From: a virus
Taxonomy: Duplodnaviria > Heunggongvirae > Uroviricota > Caudoviricetes
Direction: 5' to 3' (one strand)
IMG/VR virus record: IMGVR_UViG_2541047779_000001
Length of the DNA stretch: 36,485 bases
Shown: piece by piece, positions 1 through 9,329 of the stretch
Layout of the letters: every line of letters starts with the position of its first letter
Numbering within the stretch: position 1 is the stretch's first letter
Made by a program: the position numbers and the translations under genes
The notes under the pieces: model-generated
The model's input: only the letters and a program-made list of their open reading frames with translations
Databases searched by the model: none
Told to the model about the DNA's origin: nothing

Positions 1-1053
1 TTACGGGGTAATGCCAACCGCTGCCGCCACTTTGTCGCCACTTGGCAATGTTGCCAGAGGATTGAAACGGAGCGCCGTTTCCAGATGATCCGGTGCCAGA
101 TGTGCGTAACGCATAGTCATTTTTATATCGTGGTGTCCGAGAATTTTTTGTAAGGCCAGGATGTTTCCACCCGACATCATGAAGTGCGCCGCAAAAGTAT
201 GGCGCAGAACGTGTGTCAGTTGACCGCGAGGGAGCACGATAGACGTTTTTTCCATCACGGATAAAAATTGAAAATAGCAGTCTGTGAAGAAATTGAACCC
301 ATCAAGCGCCATGATCTCTTCGTAAAGCTCTTTACTGATAGGGATGCTTCTGTTTTTCTTCCCCTTCGTTCTTACAAAGGTAATTCGGTATTTGGTCACC
401 TGTGAGCGGGTAAGATTTACGGCTTCTCGCCAGCGTGCGCCTGTGCTTAAGCATATCTTGACTACCAGAGCCAGAATTGGGTCCTGACGTTTGCAATCAG
501 CCAGTAATTCAACAATCTGCTCATGGGTAAGCCATGCCATCTCTTTTTCTGCGATGGTGAATTTTCGCATGTTCTCCAGTGGGTTCGGATACGACCATTC
601 GCCCAGACGGGATAGTTCGCTAAAAACACTACTTAGATAGCTTTGCTCCAGGTTAATGGTGACCGGGCTTGCTCCTTTCTTCCATTTCTCGCTGAAGTAG
701 ATCTCGCCTGTCAGGCGTTTATCTCGATAGTGGGCAAACATTTTAGAGGTGAGATCGGTTGCAAGAGGATTGCCTAGGGCGTCAACCATCAGCAGCAATT
801 TGTCATAGACATGATGTCCAGCAGTCAGAGATTTACCATGTAGTTTGAACCATAGCTCAACCACGTCTTTCAGGGTTCGACGATCCACTGATTCGCCCAG
901 CCAGGGCTTTGATTCGGTTTCTTCCATCGTGTGACGCTCAAAAGCCAGAGCTTCGCCTTTGGTGGCGAATTGTTTACGCACACGACGCCCACTTCGTCCG
1001 GCGGGGTAACATTCGCAAAGCCATTTCCCTGTGGTGAGTTTTCGTACTGCCAT
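1..1053 (-). CDS. int: Tyrosine integrase (P2/186 Int family)
   Basis: C-terminal catalytic motif HVLRHTFAAH...GHHDIKMTMRYAHL in the ORF translation. ORF track starts at 1209, but a start at the ATG at 1051..1053 (MAVRKLTTGKW...) gives a more typical length; that choice is a guess. Confidence 0.85.
   Translation of the reverse strand: MAVRKLTTGKWLCECYPAGRSGRRVRKQFATKGEALAFERHTMEETESKPWLGESVDRRTLKDVVELWFKLHGKSLTAGHHVYDKLLLMVDALGNPLATDLTSKMFAHYRDKRLTGEIYFSEKWKKGASPVTINLEQSYLSSVFSELSRLGEWSYPNPLENMRKFTIAEKEMAWLTHEQIVELLADCKRQDPILALVVKICLSTGARWREAVNLTRSQVTKYRITFVRTKGKKNRSIPISKELYEEIMALDGFNFFTDCYFQFLSVMEKTSIVLPRGQLTHVLRHTFAAHFMMSGGNILALQKILGHHDIKMTMRYAHLAPDHLETALRFNPLATLPSGDKVAAAVGITP
20..42. repeat. 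Putative attL core (direct repeat partner of 33634..33656)
   Basis: cgctgccgccaCtttgtcgccaC here versus cgctgccgccaTtttgtcgccaT at 33634..33656; 21 of 23 identical, same orientation, bracketing the prophage. Confidence 0.5.
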
Positions 1054-1241
1054 AAAAAATGCCCTCCAGTAGAGAGCATTTTTACTGTATGTATAACCAG
1101 TGTCAATGTATGAAATCCTACGACCATACATCTCACTGAAGCCATAATGAAGTTGGCTATTCTTTTTGCTATGTGAGCATGTAACTTTTGCGGTTAACCT
1201 GCGGCTCATTTTTATTTTAGACGCAGATATAAAAGCAAAAG

Positions 1242-1433
1242 TTATCGTGAGTTTTTAGTACAGATTTTTTTGGATTTACTAATAGTTCCATCATTGCAAA
1301 CGAATTTGCCATCTGGGGTACAGTGAGAAACACCTCCCTTTTTCCCTGAGCAGGGATAATTTCTAGCATAGGTAGTTAGTGGGTTTAATAACAAAGAACA
1401 TGACAAAACCACAAAAAATACCTTACCAAGCAT
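1242..1433 (-). CDS. Small hypothetical secreted cysteine-rich protein (63 aa)
   Basis: Strong RBS on the minus strand (gggaggaaact then ATG), N-terminal hydrophobic signal-like segment [23 protein letters not shown], six Cys in the mature part, AT-rich context between int and cI. Confidence 0.45.
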   Translation of the reverse strand: MLGKVFFVVLSCSLLLNPLTTYARNYPCSGKKGGVSHCTPDGKFVCNDGTISKSKKICTKNSR

Positions 1434-1448
1434 AGTTTCCTCCCGGTA

Positions 1449-2105
1449 CTATTTAACATACTTGACTGTTAAACTTATAATTTTACCAATTATTTCAATG
1501 TCTTCTATCTTGCATTCGAAGGCTCTGTTTCCACCCTCGACGAAGATTCTTCCACCGGGTAAACGAGTAATGTCACGGATCGTTATTTCGCCATCAATAC
1601 TTATTACCCATTTAGCATCACGTATATCATCAAATTCTTTATCACAAATAAATTCAGAATTGTTATCTGTGATGACAAAAGGTTTTTTAAACGTAGAGGG
1701 TAGAAATCCCTTATCAAAAATATAAAAACCGTCTTTCTGCAATGCTCCATCAGACAATAAATATTTTTCTACTTCTATAGTATTTGTATTTGCTGATGCT
1801 TGCTTTGAACCATGCCCTGTTGTTAGCCAATTAAGCGAGGTGCCCGTTTCAAGGGCGCACTGGATTACCCAATCTGCTGGAAAAATATCACGCATATAGC
1901 GCGTTGCCATGGTGCTCTTAGAAACACCTAAATGATCACAGAGAGCCTGACGGGTACCGAACCCATATGCTTCAACTAAACGTTCTATGGCTTTCTTACC
2001 GCCGCTATTGAAATCCACAAGTCCTCCAAAGAAATCCAAAATTCGTTGACAGATTCCAAAAGCGATCTTAAAGTTGAACCAGAAGTGTTCTTTTGGAGCC
2101 TTCAC
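1449..2105 (-). CDS. cI: CI-type immunity repressor (186 CI-like, HTH N-domain)
   Basis: N-terminal segment IERLVEAYGF...STMATRYMR...CALETGTSLNWLTTG resembles my recollection of the 186 CI HTH domain. The listed ORF start is a GTG and probably too far upstream; true start uncertain. Confidence 0.75.
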   Translation of the reverse strand: MKAPKEHFWFNFKIAFGICQRILDFFGGLVDFNSGGKKAIERLVEAYGFGTRQALCDHLGVSKSTMATRYMRDIFPADWVIQCALETGTSLNWLTTGHGSKQASANTNTIEVEKYLLSDGALQKDGFYIFDKGFLPSTFKKPFVITDNNSEFICDKEFDDIRDAKWVISIDGEITIRDITRLPGGRIFVEGGNRAFECKIEDIEIIGKIISLTVKYVK

Positions 2106-2163
2106 TACTAATCACGACAAACAACGGCTCGCCACAAGCCATATCTAGAAGGAATGTTGCCTT

Positions 2164-2367
2164 ATGACTCCTAACATTTCAATTACTCTGAATACACCAC
2201 ATGTCACAATCGAACGTTATAGCGAACTGACTGGCCTTTCTATTGATACGATTAACGACATGTTGGCTGATGGCCGACTACCTCGTCATCGTCTTCGTAA
2301 AGACAAAAAACGTGAAAAGGTAATGATTAACCTGGCTGCTCTGACTGTTGATGCTTTGTCTGCTTAA
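2164..2367 (+). CDS. Apl/Cox-like small HTH excisionase/regulator
   Basis: 67-aa basic HTH protein, first gene of the rightward operon facing cI, immediately upstream of cII. Confidence 0.65.
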   Translation: MTPNISITLNTPHVTIERYSELTGLSIDTINDMLADGRLPRHRLRKDKKREKVMINLAALTVDALSA

Positions 2368-2431
2368 TAGACGTCTATTTTCGCAATAAGACGCTGAGTT
2401 CGATTTTGCGATAAGTTCGGAGTTGAAAACC

Positions 2432-2941
2432 ATGTTTGATTACCAAGTTTCCAAACATCCACATTTTGATGAAGCCTGCCGTGCATTCGCACTGCGCCAC
2501 AATCTGGTGCAACTGGCAGAACGTGCTGGCATGAATGTGCAGATTCTGCGGAACAAGCTGAACCCATCTCAACCTCATTTATTAACCGCACCAGAAATCT
2601 GGCTGCTTACCGATCTGACTGAAGATTCAACGCTGGTAGATGGTTTTCTGGCACAGATTCACTGCCTGCCCTGTGTACCGATTAATGAGGTTGCAAAAGA
2701 GAAACTGCCGCATTACGTCATGAGCGCAACTGCAGAGATCGGACGTGTTGCAGCAGGTGCGGTATCTGGTGATGTAAAAACTAGTGCCGGTCGTCGTGAT
2801 GCTATCAGCAGCATTAACTCTGTAACACGACTGATGGCGCTGGCTGCTGTTTCATTGCAGGCCCGTTTACAGGCTAATCCTGCGATGGCGAGTGCAGTTG
2901 ATACCGTGACTGGCCTCGGTGCTTCATTCGGTTTGCTGTGA
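2432..2941 (+). CDS. cII: CII-like lysogeny establishment regulator (186 CII family)
   Basis: Translation [20 protein letters not shown]...[27 protein letters not shown] closely matches my recollection of 186 CII. ATG at 2432 with GGAG RBS gives 169 aa. Confidence 0.85.
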   Translation: MFDYQVSKHPHFDEACRAFALRHNLVQLAERAGMNVQILRNKLNPSQPHLLTAPEIWLLTDLTEDSTLVDGFLAQIHCLPCVPINEVAKEKLPHYVMSATAEIGRVAAGAVSGDVKTSAGRRDAISSINSVTRLMALAAVSLQARLQANPAMASAVDTVTGLGASFGLL

Positions 2942-2948
2942 GGTGCTT

Positions 2949-3149
2949 ATGCTGACGAAAGAACCATCATTTGCATCGCTGCTGGTAAAACAAAGCCCGG
3001 CAATGCACTACGGTCACGGCTGGATCATGGGTGAGGATGGTAAACGCTGGCATCCGTGCCGTTCACAAGATGAATTGCTGGCAGAACTATCTACGAAAAA
3101 ACGGGGGAACAAATGGCTATTGAAGGCGCTGCGGCTACTGTTCCATTAA
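2949..3149 (+). CDS. Hypothetical early protein
   Basis: ORF with GAGGTG RBS before the ATG at 2949; position equivalent to the 186 fil/dhr region. Function not recognised. Confidence 0.45.
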   Translation: MLTKEPSFASLLVKQSPAMHYGHGWIMGEDGKRWHPCRSQDELLAELSTKKRGNKWLLKALRLLFH

Positions 3150-3454
3150 GCCCCGGTGAACGCCTGAATGGACTTAATCACATAGCGGAATTAAGGGCGA
3201 AAGTTTTTGGCCTGAATATTGAGTCAGAGCTTGAGCGGTTTATTAAAGATATGCGTGATCCACGGGATATCAATAACGAACAAAATAAACGAGCACTGGC
3301 AGCCATATTCTTTATGGCAAAAATTCCGGCTGAACGTCATAGCATCAGCATCAATGAGCTGACCACTGACGAAAAGCGGGAGTTGATTAAAGCAATGAAT
3401 CATTTTCGTGCAGTGGTGAGCTTATTTCCCAGACGGCTAACCATGCCGAATTAA
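3113..3454 (+). CDS. Hypothetical early protein
   Basis: 113-aa ORF with GGGGGAA RBS, in the early operon. Confidence 0.5.
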   Translation: MAIEGAAATVPLSPGERLNGLNHIAELRAKVFGLNIESELERFIKDMRDPRDINNEQNKRALAAIFFMAKIPAERHSISINELTTDEKRELIKAMNHFRAVVSLFPRRLTMPN

Positions 3455-3521
3455 CCAACTAATGAAATTAATGGCGTAAATCCGCCGAGCATCCCTTTAT
3501 CTAAATTCAGGAGAATTGATT

Positions 3522-3755
3522 ATGCGTAATATTGAAATCCTCACGACTAAAACCGGACCGGATGATGCAGGGCTTAATATTTTACTGACAGAGGCTCGTC
3601 TGGAAGAACGCCGGGCAAGGGCTGAAGCAATGGCAGCTCGCCTTGATAGCCTGGCGTGCCATATCACATCCCGCCAGCTAAACCACGTTGAAGCGGCTGA
3701 ACTGCTGCGTGTGGCAGCTGAAGCAATCCAGAACGAAGCGCAGGAGATCCACTAA
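3522..3755 (+). CDS. Hypothetical early protein
   Basis: CAGGAG RBS 8 nt before the ATG at 3522; stop overlaps the next start (TAATG). Confidence 0.55.
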   Translation: MRNIEILTTKTGPDDAGLNILLTEARLEERRARAEAMAARLDSLACHITSRQLNHVEAAELLRVAAEAIQNEAQEIH

Positions 3756-3982
3756 TGGCTGATGCAATGGATCTCGTACAGCAGCGCGTTGAAGAAGAAC
3801 GCCAGCGCCATATCCGTGCTGCCCGTGCCAAAACACCGGGCGTGTCTCGCGTGCTTTGCATTGAGTGTGAAGCGCCAATTCCGCCAGCACGCCGCCGTGC
3901 CATTCCGGGTGTGCAGCTTTGCATTACCTGCCAGGAAATTGCAGAGCTGAAAGGCAAACATTACAACGGAGGTGCTGTATGA
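3755..3982 (+). CDS. TraR/DksA-family C4 zinc-finger protein
   Basis: Two CxxC pairs (CIECEAP...CITCQ) in a 75-aa protein; translationally coupled to neighbours. Confidence 0.7.
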   Translation: MADAMDLVQQRVEEERQRHIRAARAKTPGVSRVLCIECEAPIPPARRRAIPGVQLCITCQEIAELKGKHYNGGAV

Positions 3983-4836
3983 GCACCATCCTGAAATGGG
4001 CGGGAAATAAAACCGCCATTATGTCCAAACTGAAAAAACACCTTCCTGCTGGCCCGCGACTGGTTGAACCTTTCGCGGGTTCCTGTGCAGTGATGATGGA
4101 GACGGATTACCCCAGCTATCTTGTTGCGGATATTAATCCTGATTTAATCAACCTCTATAAAAAGGTTGCTGCTGATTGTGAGGCGTTTATATCTCGTGCC
4201 AGAGCTTTATTTGAGGAAGCAAACAGGGAGGTGACTTATTACAACATAAGGCAGGAGTTTAATTACTCCACTGAAATTACTGATTTTATGAAAGCGGTAT
4301 ATTTTCTGTATCTCAATCGTCATGGTTACCGTGGGTTATGTCGCTATAACAAGAGCGGGTATTTCAACATTCCCTACGGTAATTATAAAAATCCGTATTT
4401 CCCTGAAAAAGAAATTCGCGCATTTGCAGAGAAAGCCCAGCGGGCAACGTTTATCTGCGCCAGCTTTGATGAAACGCTGGCGATGTTGAAGGTGGGGGAT
4501 GTGGTGTATTGCGATCCGCCTTATGACGGTACGTTTTCCTGCTATCACACTGATGGCTTCACTGAAGATGACCAGTATCACCTGGCATCTGTTCTTGAAC
4601 ATCGATCATCTGAAGGTCATCCGGTCATTGTTTCTAACAGTGACACATCCCTGATTCGTTCGCTGTATCGCAATTTCACTCACCACTACATCAAGGCAAA
4701 ACGCAGCATCGGCGTGTCGGCTGGCGAGAGTAAATCTGCAACAGAAATCATTGCTGTTTCCGGGGCGCGCTGCTGGGTGGGATTTGATCCTTCGCGTGGC
4801 GTGGATAGTTCTGCCATGTACGGAGTGCGTGCATGA
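3979..4836 (+). CDS. DNA N6-adenine methyltransferase (Dam-like)
   Basis: DPPY catalytic motif (VYCDPPYDG) and Dam-like N-terminus [11 protein letters not shown]...[18 protein letters not shown] before ATG at 3979; stop overlaps A start (ATGA). Confidence 0.85.
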   Translation: MSTILKWAGNKTAIMSKLKKHLPAGPRLVEPFAGSCAVMMETDYPSYLVADINPDLINLYKKVAADCEAFISRARALFEEANREVTYYNIRQEFNYSTEITDFMKAVYFLYLNRHGYRGLCRYNKSGYFNIPYGNYKNPYFPEKEIRAFAEKAQRATFICASFDETLAMLKVGDVVYCDPPYDGTFSCYHTDGFTEDDQYHLASVLEHRSSEGHPVIVSNSDTSLIRSLYRNFTHHYIKAKRSIGVSAGESKSATEIIAVSGARCWVGFDPSRGVDSSAMYGVRA

Positions 4837-7247
4837 GCCATGATGATATGAACAACTGCAGCGGCTTTAACGAGGTCGCCGCAGCATTCTCATGGAACAG
4901 CCCGAAAAAGGCCATTAACCCTTATCTGGACCTGGCGGAAGTTGCGCCGGTTTCTGCGCTTTCAAACCTGATCACTCTGTACGCTGTCGATAATGAGCAG
5001 GAACAACTGCGTCGCGAGGCACTAAGTGATCAGGTCTGGGAGCGTTATTTCTTTAATGAATCCCGTGATCCTGTCCAACGCGAAATGGAGCAGGATAAGC
5101 TCATTAGCCGGGCAAAGCTGGCGCATGAGCAGCAGCGTTTTAATCCAGATATGGTCATTCTGGCGGACGTCAATGCCCAGCCTTCCCATATCAGCAAGCC
5201 GCTGATGCAACGTATCGAATACTTCAGCAGCCTGGGCAGGCCAAAGGCTTATTCCCGCTATTTGCGTGAGACGATTAAGCCATGTCTGGAACGACTGGAG
5301 CATGTACGCGACTGTCAGCTATCCACTTCTTTTCGCTTTATGGCAAGCCATGAAGGGCTGGACGGCCTGCTGATCCTGCCTGAAATGAGTCAGGATCAGG
5401 TGAAACGCTTGTCTACTCTTGTCGCTGCGCATATGAGCATGTGTCTTGATGCAGCTTGTGGCGATTTGTATGCCACCGATGACGTTAAGCCAGAAGAAAT
5501 CCGCAAGACATGGGAAAGGGTGGCGGCGGAAACCCTGCGTCTGGATGTCATTCCTCCTGCGTTTGAGCAACTCCGCCGGAAAAGAAACCGCCGTAAACCC
5601 GTGCCCTATGAACTCATTCCGGGTTCGCTGGCGCGTATGTTGTGCGCCGACTGGTGGTATCGGAAATTATGGAAGATGCGTTGCGAATGGCGGGAAGAGC
5701 AGTTGCGCGCTGTCTGCCTGGTTAGCAAAAAAGCATCTCCTTATGTCAGCTATGAAGCCGTGATGCATAAACGTGAGCAGCGCCGTAAGTCGCTGGAGTT
5801 TTTTCGTTCTCATGAACTGGTGAACGAAGACGGCGACACGCTGGACATGGAGGATGTGGTAAACGCCAGCAGCAGCAACCCTGCGCATCGCCGCAATGAG
5901 ATGATGGCCTGTGTTAAAGGCCTGGAGCTTATCGCGGAAATGCGCGGTGACTGCGCCGTTTTCTACACCATCACCTGTCCGTCACGTTTCCATTCCACGC
6001 TAAATAACGGCAGGCCCAACCCGACCTGGACAAATGCGACGGTAAGACAAAGCAGTGATTATCTGGTCGGCATGTTTGCTGCATTTCGTAAGGCGATGCA
6101 CAAAGCCGGATTGCGCTGGTATGGCGTGCGGGTGGCTGAGCCGCATCATGACGGTACAGTTCACTGGCACCTGTTGTGTTTTATGCGCAAAAAAGATCGC
6201 CGCGCCATTACTGCTTTATTGCGTAAGTTTGCCATTCGTGAAGACCGCGAGGAGCTGGGGAATAACACGGGACCACGATTTAAGTCTGAGTTGATTAACC
6301 CGCGCAAAGGAACGCCGACAAGCTACATCGCGAAATATATCAGCAAGAACATTGACGGGCGTGGTCTGGCTGGCGAGATCAGCAAGGAAACGGGTAAATC
6401 TCTGCGTGATAACGCTGAATACGTGAATGCCTGGGCGTCTTTGCATCGTGTTCAGCAATTCCGCTTCTTTGGCATTCCGGGGCGTCAGGCTTACCGTGAA
6501 CTGCGATTGCTGGCTGGTCAGGCGGCAAGGCAACAGGGGGACAAAAAAGCAGGTGCGCCGGTACTGGATAACCCGCGCCTTGATGCAATCCTAGCTGCTG
6601 CTGATGCTGGTTGTTTTGCCACTTACATCATGAAGCAGGGCGGCGTACTGGTTCCCCGCAAATATCACCTCATCAGAACTGCTTATGAAATTAACGAAGA
6701 GCCGACCGCCTATGGCGATCACGGCATTCGTATTTATGGCATCTGGTCACCCATTGCAGAGGGCAAGATCTGCACTCATGCGGTGAAGTGGAAAATGGTT
6801 CGTAAGGCCGTTGACGTTCAGGAGGCGGCAGCCGACCAGGGCGCTTGCGCCCCTTGGACTCGTGGCAATAACTGTCCCCTTGCGGAAAATTTGAACCAAC
6901 AGGAGAAAGATAAATCAGCTGATGGGGACACCAGAACGGACATTACCCGCATGGATGACAAGGAGTTGCACGATTACCTGCACAGTATGAGCAAAAAAGA
7001 GCGCCGGGAACTGGCAGCAAGGTTACGCCTGGTTAAGCCGAAACGGCGTAAAGACTACAAACAGCGAATTACAGATCATCAGCGACAGCAGCTCGTCTAT
7101 GAACTGAAGTCCAGAGGATTTGATGGCAGCGAGAAAGAGGTCGATTTACTCCTTCGCGGTGGCAGTATTCCGTCAGGAGCAGGCCTGCGTATCTTCTATC
7201 GGAACCAGCGTTTGCGGGAAGATGATAAGTGGCGGAATCTGTATTAA
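4833..7247 (+). CDS. A: Replication initiation endonuclease (P2 gpA family)
   Basis: 804-aa protein in the position and with the size of the P2/186 replication protein; contains the HWH-type motif [10 protein letters not shown]. Confidence 0.85.
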   Translation: MSHDDMNNCSGFNEVAAAFSWNSPKKAINPYLDLAEVAPVSALSNLITLYAVDNEQEQLRREALSDQVWERYFFNESRDPVQREMEQDKLISRAKLAHEQQRFNPDMVILADVNAQPSHISKPLMQRIEYFSSLGRPKAYSRYLRETIKPCLERLEHVRDCQLSTSFRFMASHEGLDGLLILPEMSQDQVKRLSTLVAAHMSMCLDAACGDLYATDDVKPEEIRKTWERVAAETLRLDVIPPAFEQLRRKRNRRKPVPYELIPGSLARMLCADWWYRKLWKMRCEWREEQLRAVCLVSKKASPYVSYEAVMHKREQRRKSLEFFRSHELVNEDGDTLDMEDVVNASSSNPAHRRNEMMACVKGLELIAEMRGDCAVFYTITCPSRFHSTLNNGRPNPTWTNATVRQSSDYLVGMFAAFRKAMHKAGLRWYGVRVAEPHHDGTVHWHLLCFMRKKDRRAITALLRKFAIREDREELGNNTGPRFKSELINPRKGTPTSYIAKYISKNIDGRGLAGEISKETGKSLRDNAEYVNAWASLHRVQQFRFFGIPGRQAYRELRLLAGQAARQQGDKKAGAPVLDNPRLDAILAAADAGCFATYIMKQGGVLVPRKYHLIRTAYEINEEPTAYGDHGIRIYGIWSPIAEGKICTHAVKWKMVRKAVDVQEAAADQGACAPWTRGNNCPLAENLNQQEKDKSADGDTRTDITRMDDKELHDYLHSMSKKERRELAARLRLVKPKRRKDYKQRITDHQRQQLVYELKSRGFDGSEKEVDLLLRGGSIPSGAGLRIFYRNQRLREDDKWRNLY

Positions 7248-7316
7248 TTACGCGGGTTAACAATTCGTGCTCTTAATAATACCAGGCATATCAGGCTGAT
7301 GAACGTAAAAAAACGT

Positions 7317-7343
7317 TTTACATCAGTAAGATTATTATATACT
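7317..7343 (+). promoter_or_regulatory. Putative sigma70 promoter of the SOS operon
   Basis: tttaca (7317..7322) and tatact (7338..7343), overlapping the LexA box. Confidence 0.4.
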
Positions 7344-7359
7344 GTAAATATAAACAGTG
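7340..7359. promoter_or_regulatory. LexA (SOS) box
   Basis: TACTGTAAATATAAACAGTG: CTGT-N8-ACAG with AT-rich spacer, about 40 bp upstream of the ATG at 7400. Confidence 0.65.
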
Positions 7360-7399
7360 GTTATGTATACAGTATTGCTTTGGTGTCATAGGAGGAAAG

Positions 7400-7588
7400 A
7401 TGCAGGACTATTTTTTGGAGTCTTTGAAGCTCCAGCGCATTGATTTTTTTCTTAAGCTTGTAGCGGCTAGTGAGTGTAGTGATGAAGAGAAGGGGCTGGC
7501 CCTGCAGTGGGTTTCTGAACTGACAGATGAACTCATGGCAAAAATCAGAACCCACGAATACAACCGCTCAATGGATGTCATCAGCTGA
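7400..7588 (+). CDS. Small SOS-operon protein, possible Tum-like antirepressor
   Basis: AGGAGG RBS before ATG at 7400; sits downstream of the LexA box and upstream of the DinI-like gene, as in the 186 tum operon. Assignment is positional only. Confidence 0.45.
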   Translation: MQDYFLESLKLQRIDFFLKLVAASECSDEEKGLALQWVSELTDELMAKIRTHEYNRSMDVIS

Positions 7589-7598
7589 GGTGACTTTT

Positions 7599-7832
7599 AT
7601 GCGCATTGAAATAATGATCGATAAAGAGCAAAAGATTAGCCAGTCTACACTGGACGCCCTTGAATCCGAGCTTTACCGCAATCTGCGCCCCCTGTATCCC
7701 AAAACGGTAATTCGTATCCGCAAAGGTAGCTCTAACGGTGTGGAACTGACCGGACTGCAACTGGACGAAGAAAGAAAACAAGTGATGAAAATTATGCAGA
7801 AGGTGTGGGAAGACGACAGCTGGCTGCATTAA
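7599..7832 (+). CDS. DinI-like protein
   Basis: Translation MRIEIMIDKEQKISQSTLDALESELYRNLRPLYP...MQKVWEDDSWLH has DinI-family length and pattern; GAGG RBS before ATG at 7599. Confidence 0.7.
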   Translation: MRIEIMIDKEQKISQSTLDALESELYRNLRPLYPKTVIRIRKGSSNGVELTGLQLDEERKQVMKIMQKVWEDDSWLH

Positions 7833-7966
7833 GAAACGTTGCTGGCGTCTGAACTTGTTTCTGGCGTCAGCAAGGTTGAACAACGAGCCCTTGCGAGGCG
7901 TTAGCTCTGTAGTGCATGTCTATGCCGCATGAGATCGCATGATCGTTTGAGGATCGTTTTTGCTAA

Positions 7967-7991
7967 GGCCCGCCAGAACTGGCGGGCTTTT
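7967..7991 (+). terminator. Rho-independent terminator after the SOS operon
   Basis: Stem gcccgcc / ggcgggc with a 6-nt loop, followed by tttt. Confidence 0.55.
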
Positions 7992-8036
7992 GCGTAGATC
8001 ATGCAGGTGCATGAAAACCACTACATAAAGCGGGCA

Positions 8037-8055
8037 GGCGTGGCGGGGATACGAG
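8037..8055. other. cos-like cohesive end sequence
   Basis: GGCGTGGCGGGGATACGAG resembles the P2/186 19-nt cohesive ends as I recall them (GGCGAGGCGGGGAAAGCAC / GGCGTGGCGGGGAAAGCAT). Confidence 0.45.
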
Positions 8056-8246
8056 CGCGCGCTGAAAAGGTTTAGCTAAATTTTTGTCGATAGGTGGTTT
8101 TAGTTGTTATACAAAAGTGTCACTGGTTTTGTTTTGAGCATTTGTGGTGCTAAAAATATTTTTTTTGGTTCAAAATTACCTTAAAAAGGTTTTTTTGGTG
8201 TATGATTGTTTGAAAAGTGGTTCGGTTTTGCCATAAGGGTGGTTAG

Positions 8247-9329
8247 ATGATAAACGTTACAAACGAAATGCTCATTGATGTTGTCAGTGATGCTCTTACC
8301 GGGAAGAGGGAAAGTCTCCTCATGCGGTTGCGGATTATGGCAAAAAAACTAAAAAAAGAATCTCCTGAATTAGCGGGTAAATTAGAAGATTTACTTATTA
8401 ATACGGGTGGCGCAATTGCAGTCGAAAGGGCTAATCCAGTTGTTCCTAAAATAACACCTGTTGATGCGGATACAAGACAAAAGCTGCTAGTTGAAACATA
8501 TCCTGTGGTCATTGATGTTGAACCTGTTTGGCCAACAAAAACTGATGTTCAACTGAATCGATTTGTGGCTGAGTGGGAAATGAAAGAACGCCTTTATAAA
8601 GAAGGGTTGCATCCCTCCAAATCTCTTCTTATGGGAGGACCACCCGGTGTGGGGAAGACTTTGGCTGCAAAGTGGCTCGCTTTTAAACTCGATATGCCAT
8701 TGTTAACATTAGATCTCGCAAGTGTAATGAGTAGCTACTTGGGGAAAACGGGTAATAATATTAAGGCAGTCCTCAATTATGCTTCGTCATTCCCTTGTGT
8801 ACTGCTTCTTGACGAATTTGATGCGATTGCTAAAAAAAGGGATGATGCAACAGATGTTGGAGAACTAAAAAGATTAGTTACAGTATTATTGCAAGCAATT
8901 GATGAATGGCCAAATACGTCTGTTCTTATAGCAGCAACTAACCATGCGGAGCTGCTTGATCCTGCTGCATGGAGAAGATTCGATCGAGTTATTGATTTTG
9001 AATATCCAACACAAGACCTAATGAGAAGATATCTCTGTTCTAAAAATATTGGAGATAGCTTATCGTACTATATTGCTACAAAACTCGAAAAAGTTTCATA
9101 TGCAGTTCTTGAGAGAGCTATAAATCAAGCTAAAAGAAATGCCATTATAGAAGATATTCCTTTAAGTTCAGCTTTAATTGATGAGTTGTTAGATGGCGTG
9201 TCACTTGATGATGTTATAAAAAACATGTCAAACAACAATGTATCACAAAGAAAAATCGCTTTAGATTTGGGGATTTCAAGGTCACAAGTACGTAAGGTTT
9301 TGACGGTTGAGGATGAAGACAATGAATGA
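8247..9329 (+). CDS. AAA+ ATPase with C-terminal HTH (IetA-like)
   Basis: Walker A GPPGVGKT, Walker B VLLLDEFD, C-terminal HTH-like tail (QRKIALDLGISRSQVRKVL). AT-rich gene with GGGTGG RBS. Confidence 0.85.
   Translation: MINVTNEMLIDVVSDALTGKRESLLMRLRIMAKKLKKESPELAGKLEDLLINTGGAIAVERANPVVPKITPVDADTRQKLLVETYPVVIDVEPVWPTKTDVQLNRFVAEWEMKERLYKEGLHPSKSLLMGGPPGVGKTLAAKWLAFKLDMPLLTLDLASVMSSYLGKTGNNIKAVLNYASSFPCVLLLDEFDAIAKKRDDATDVGELKRLVTVLLQAIDEWPNTSVLIAATNHAELLDPAAWRRFDRVIDFEYPTQDLMRRYLCSKNIGDSLSYYIATKLEKVSYAVLERAINQAKRNAIIEDIPLSSALIDELLDGVSLDDVIKNMSNNNVSQRKIALDLGISRSQVRKVLTVEDEDNE

Noticed and set aside
870-1145. Overlapping ORFs inside the integrase gene (870..1145 minus, 931..1113 plus)
   Set aside because: Embedded in or antisense to a well-supported gene, with no RBS or recognisable features.
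1462-1725. 87-aa plus-strand ORF antisense to cI
   Set aside because: Lies entirely within the repressor gene on the opposite strand; hydrophobic low-complexity translation.
7361-7377. Possible second LexA half-site (tatgtatacagta)
   Set aside because: Has ACAG but no CTGT partner at the 8-nt spacing, so it is not a full box.
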